This document shows positions 62,205-64,000 of a DNA stretch of 64,000 nt, piece by piece (position 1 is the first letter of the stretch; each line of letters opens with the position of its first letter). The DNA is from Azolla caroliniana (lineage: Eukaryota; Plantae; Polypodiophyta). The notes beneath the pieces are model-generated. The model saw only the letters and a list, made by a program, of their open reading frames with translations, did not search any database and was not told where the DNA came from. The stretch lies in assembly GCA_043228905.1 (NCBI GenBank), contig JBHGNT010000001.1:7254001-7318000 (forward strand), written 5' to 3'. A program made the translations under genes and the position numbers.

Positions 62205-64000
62205 CACAAAAGAGTCTTTATTTCATAAAGCAATAATACAACACCCAACCTCACAAAGAGGTTACAAGGTCACTATATATAGTGACCAACTTAGGGCAAC
62301 TACCCTTTATGCTAATTACATAAATGGCCAACACGGGATAGTGTGAATACGTCCATTATACACATGTATTCGACACTCCCCCGTAATGGGCGTATACATG
62401 GGTTATCTAAGATTACAGGTATAGACTTAGGTTCTCGGACATATCAGCTTTGTTCGAGTCGGCAGGGTCCGAAGGCAGAAGACCGAACTGGTCGGGTCGG
62501 AACAGTTGAAGCCGATCATTAAGGAACTGATGTCGGTTGTCGGGAACCATCCTGCTCTGTGTCCGGCTCTAACCGGACTGGTTTGTCGTTACGCCCATCT
62601 GATGCCGAAGAGACCGAAAACGGTCTGCCGAAAGACACTTGGTCATTCCATCTGCGACATTGTCGGTTGTGGATATTTTCTCTAGACCGATTTTCCCTGA
62701 GATGACGCAGTCCCGAACGAAGTGATATCGAACGTCGATATGCTTGGAGGCGTTGTGGTGAACCGGATTTTTCGACAAGGCAACAGCACCTTGACTGTCG
62801 CTGTAGACAACTGGAGCCGAGTCATGGTCGACTTGTCGAAACGTGTGCGCCAGCCGACCAAGCCATAAGGCTTCTTTTGCTGCGTCGGACGCAGCTACAT
62901 ATTCTGCTTCGGTCGTTGAGGTCGCTGTGCATTCCTGAAGTTTCGACTTCCACGAGATTGCTCCATTGCCGAATTTGAAGCAGTATCCGGTTGTTGATTT
63001 TCGACTGTCTATACAGCCGGCGAAGTCCGAGTCGGTGTAACCGACTACGCCTGAGGTTCGGTTCGGACCGAAAAGAATGCCATGGTCTTTTGTGCCAGCC
63101 AGATATCTGAACACATGCTTGACTGCGTTCCAATGCGATCGGCCAGGATTGTGCATAAATCTGCTAACGACTCCTACGGCATGAGAGATATCAGGCCGTG
63201 TCGCGACCATCAGGTACATAAGGGAGCCGACTGCCGGTGCATACGGTACCGACTTCATATCTTCCCCCTCCGAACCGGATGTCGGGCAGTCTCGCTGAGA
63301 GAGCCGAAGATTCATGGGGAGCGGGGTTGAAGCAGATTTGGCTGATTGCATGTTGAAGCGTTCCAAGACACGTCCGATATAGTCGGTCTGAGACAAAAAA
63401 AGATGTCGTTTAGCGCGATGCCGACTAATCTTGATGCCAAGGATGTGTCGTGCCGGACCGAGGTCCTTCATGGCAAACTTCAACCGCAGTTGCCGAACGA
63501 GATCGGCAAGTTCGCCCGCGTGGCGTCCAGAAATTAGCATGTCGTCCACGTAAATGATGAGGAAGATGGGTGATCCATCTTGAGCTGTGTTGGTGAAGAG
63601 ACAATGGTCCTCATCGCTTTTGGAGAAGCCGATCGATTGGATGAAGTCGTCGAACTTCTTGTACCATTGTCGTGGTGCCTGTTTGAGGCCGTATAGACTC
63701 TTCCTGAGTCGGCAGACTAGATGTTCTTGGCCAGTTGCCACGAAGCCTTTCGGCTGCTCCATATAAATTTCTTCCTCGAGATCACCATGGAGGAAGGCTG
63801 TTTTGACATCTAGCTGAATCAGCTCCAAGTTGTCGGCGGCCACTACGCCGAGTAGAAAACGAAGGGTTGTCATTTTCACCACTGGTGAAAAAATCTCGTC
63901 GAAGTCGACGCCATATTCTTGTCGGAAGCCCTTCGCAACTAATCTGGCCTTGTACTTTGGGGTGGTCGAATCAGACGTCTCTTTTAGTCGATAAACCCAC
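62095..64000 (-). mobile_element. Ty1/copia element, 3' part, running off the window
   Basis: RT/RNase H frame, purine tract GGGGGAG at 62376-62382 and 3' LTR 62095-62375 (TGTCG..CTTCCGCACTGACGACA). Confidence 0.95.
62569..64000 (-). CDS. Copia reverse transcriptase / RNase H, partial, frame intact
   Basis: YKARLVAKGF, QLDVKTAFLHG, SLYGLKQAPRQW, IYVDDML, YTDSDFAG, KHIDVRYHF, ADGMTK. Confidence 0.95.
   Translation of the reverse strand, partial: WVYRLKETSDSTTPKYKARLVAKGFRQEYGVDFDEIFSPVVKMTTLRFLLGVVAADNLELIQLDVKTAFLHGDLEEEIYMEQPKGFVATGQEHLVCRLRKSLYGLKQAPRQWYKKFDDFIQSIGFSKSDEDHCLFTNTAQDGSPIFLIIYVDDMLISGRHAGELADLVRQLRLKFAMKDLGPARHILGIKISRHRAKRHLFLSQTDYIGRVLERFNMQSAKSASTPLPMNLRLSQRDCPTSGSEGEDMKSVPYAPAVGSLMYLMVATRPDISHAVGVVSRFMHNPGRSHWNAVKHVFRYLAGTKDHGILFGPNRTSGVVGYTDSDFAGCIDSRKSTTGYCFKFGNGAISWKSKLQECTATSTTEAEYVAASDAAKEALWLGRLAHTFRQVDHDSAPVVYSDSQGAVALSKNPVHHNASKHIDVRYHFVRDCVISGKIGLEKISTTDNVADGMTKCLSADRFRSLRHQMGVTTNQSG

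Overview
Plant nuclear DNA, probably from a seed-free vascular plant such as a fern (inferred from the retroelement types, not proven). The left half holds three host genes: a multi-exon RAD21/SCC1 cohesin kleisin (+, 2415-7812), a single-exon Kazal-type inhibitor gene (-, 11248-12105) and a multi-exon P1B-2 Zn/Cd ATPase of the HMA2/3/4 type (-, ~21609-31906) with a long His/Cys-rich N-terminal extension and a GC-AG intron. Between them are microsatellites, a 3x261-bp tandem repeat, 5'-truncated L1-type LINEs and a Mutator-like MITE. The right half is a nest of retroelements: a rearranged chromovirus, two related solo LTRs, a gag-protease fragment, an Athila-like element, a non-L1 LINE, a Tat-like LTR and a Copia element. 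The most unusual signals are (1) a chromovirus whose internal inversion exposes a probable self-priming (Tf1-like) primer site, (2) an LTR whose promoter orientation puts a tRNA-Arg 3'-end copy where the polypurine tract should be, and (3) two solo LTRs that both sit at ACGT with 4-bp duplications. Exon and element boundaries were read by eye and may be off by a few bases.
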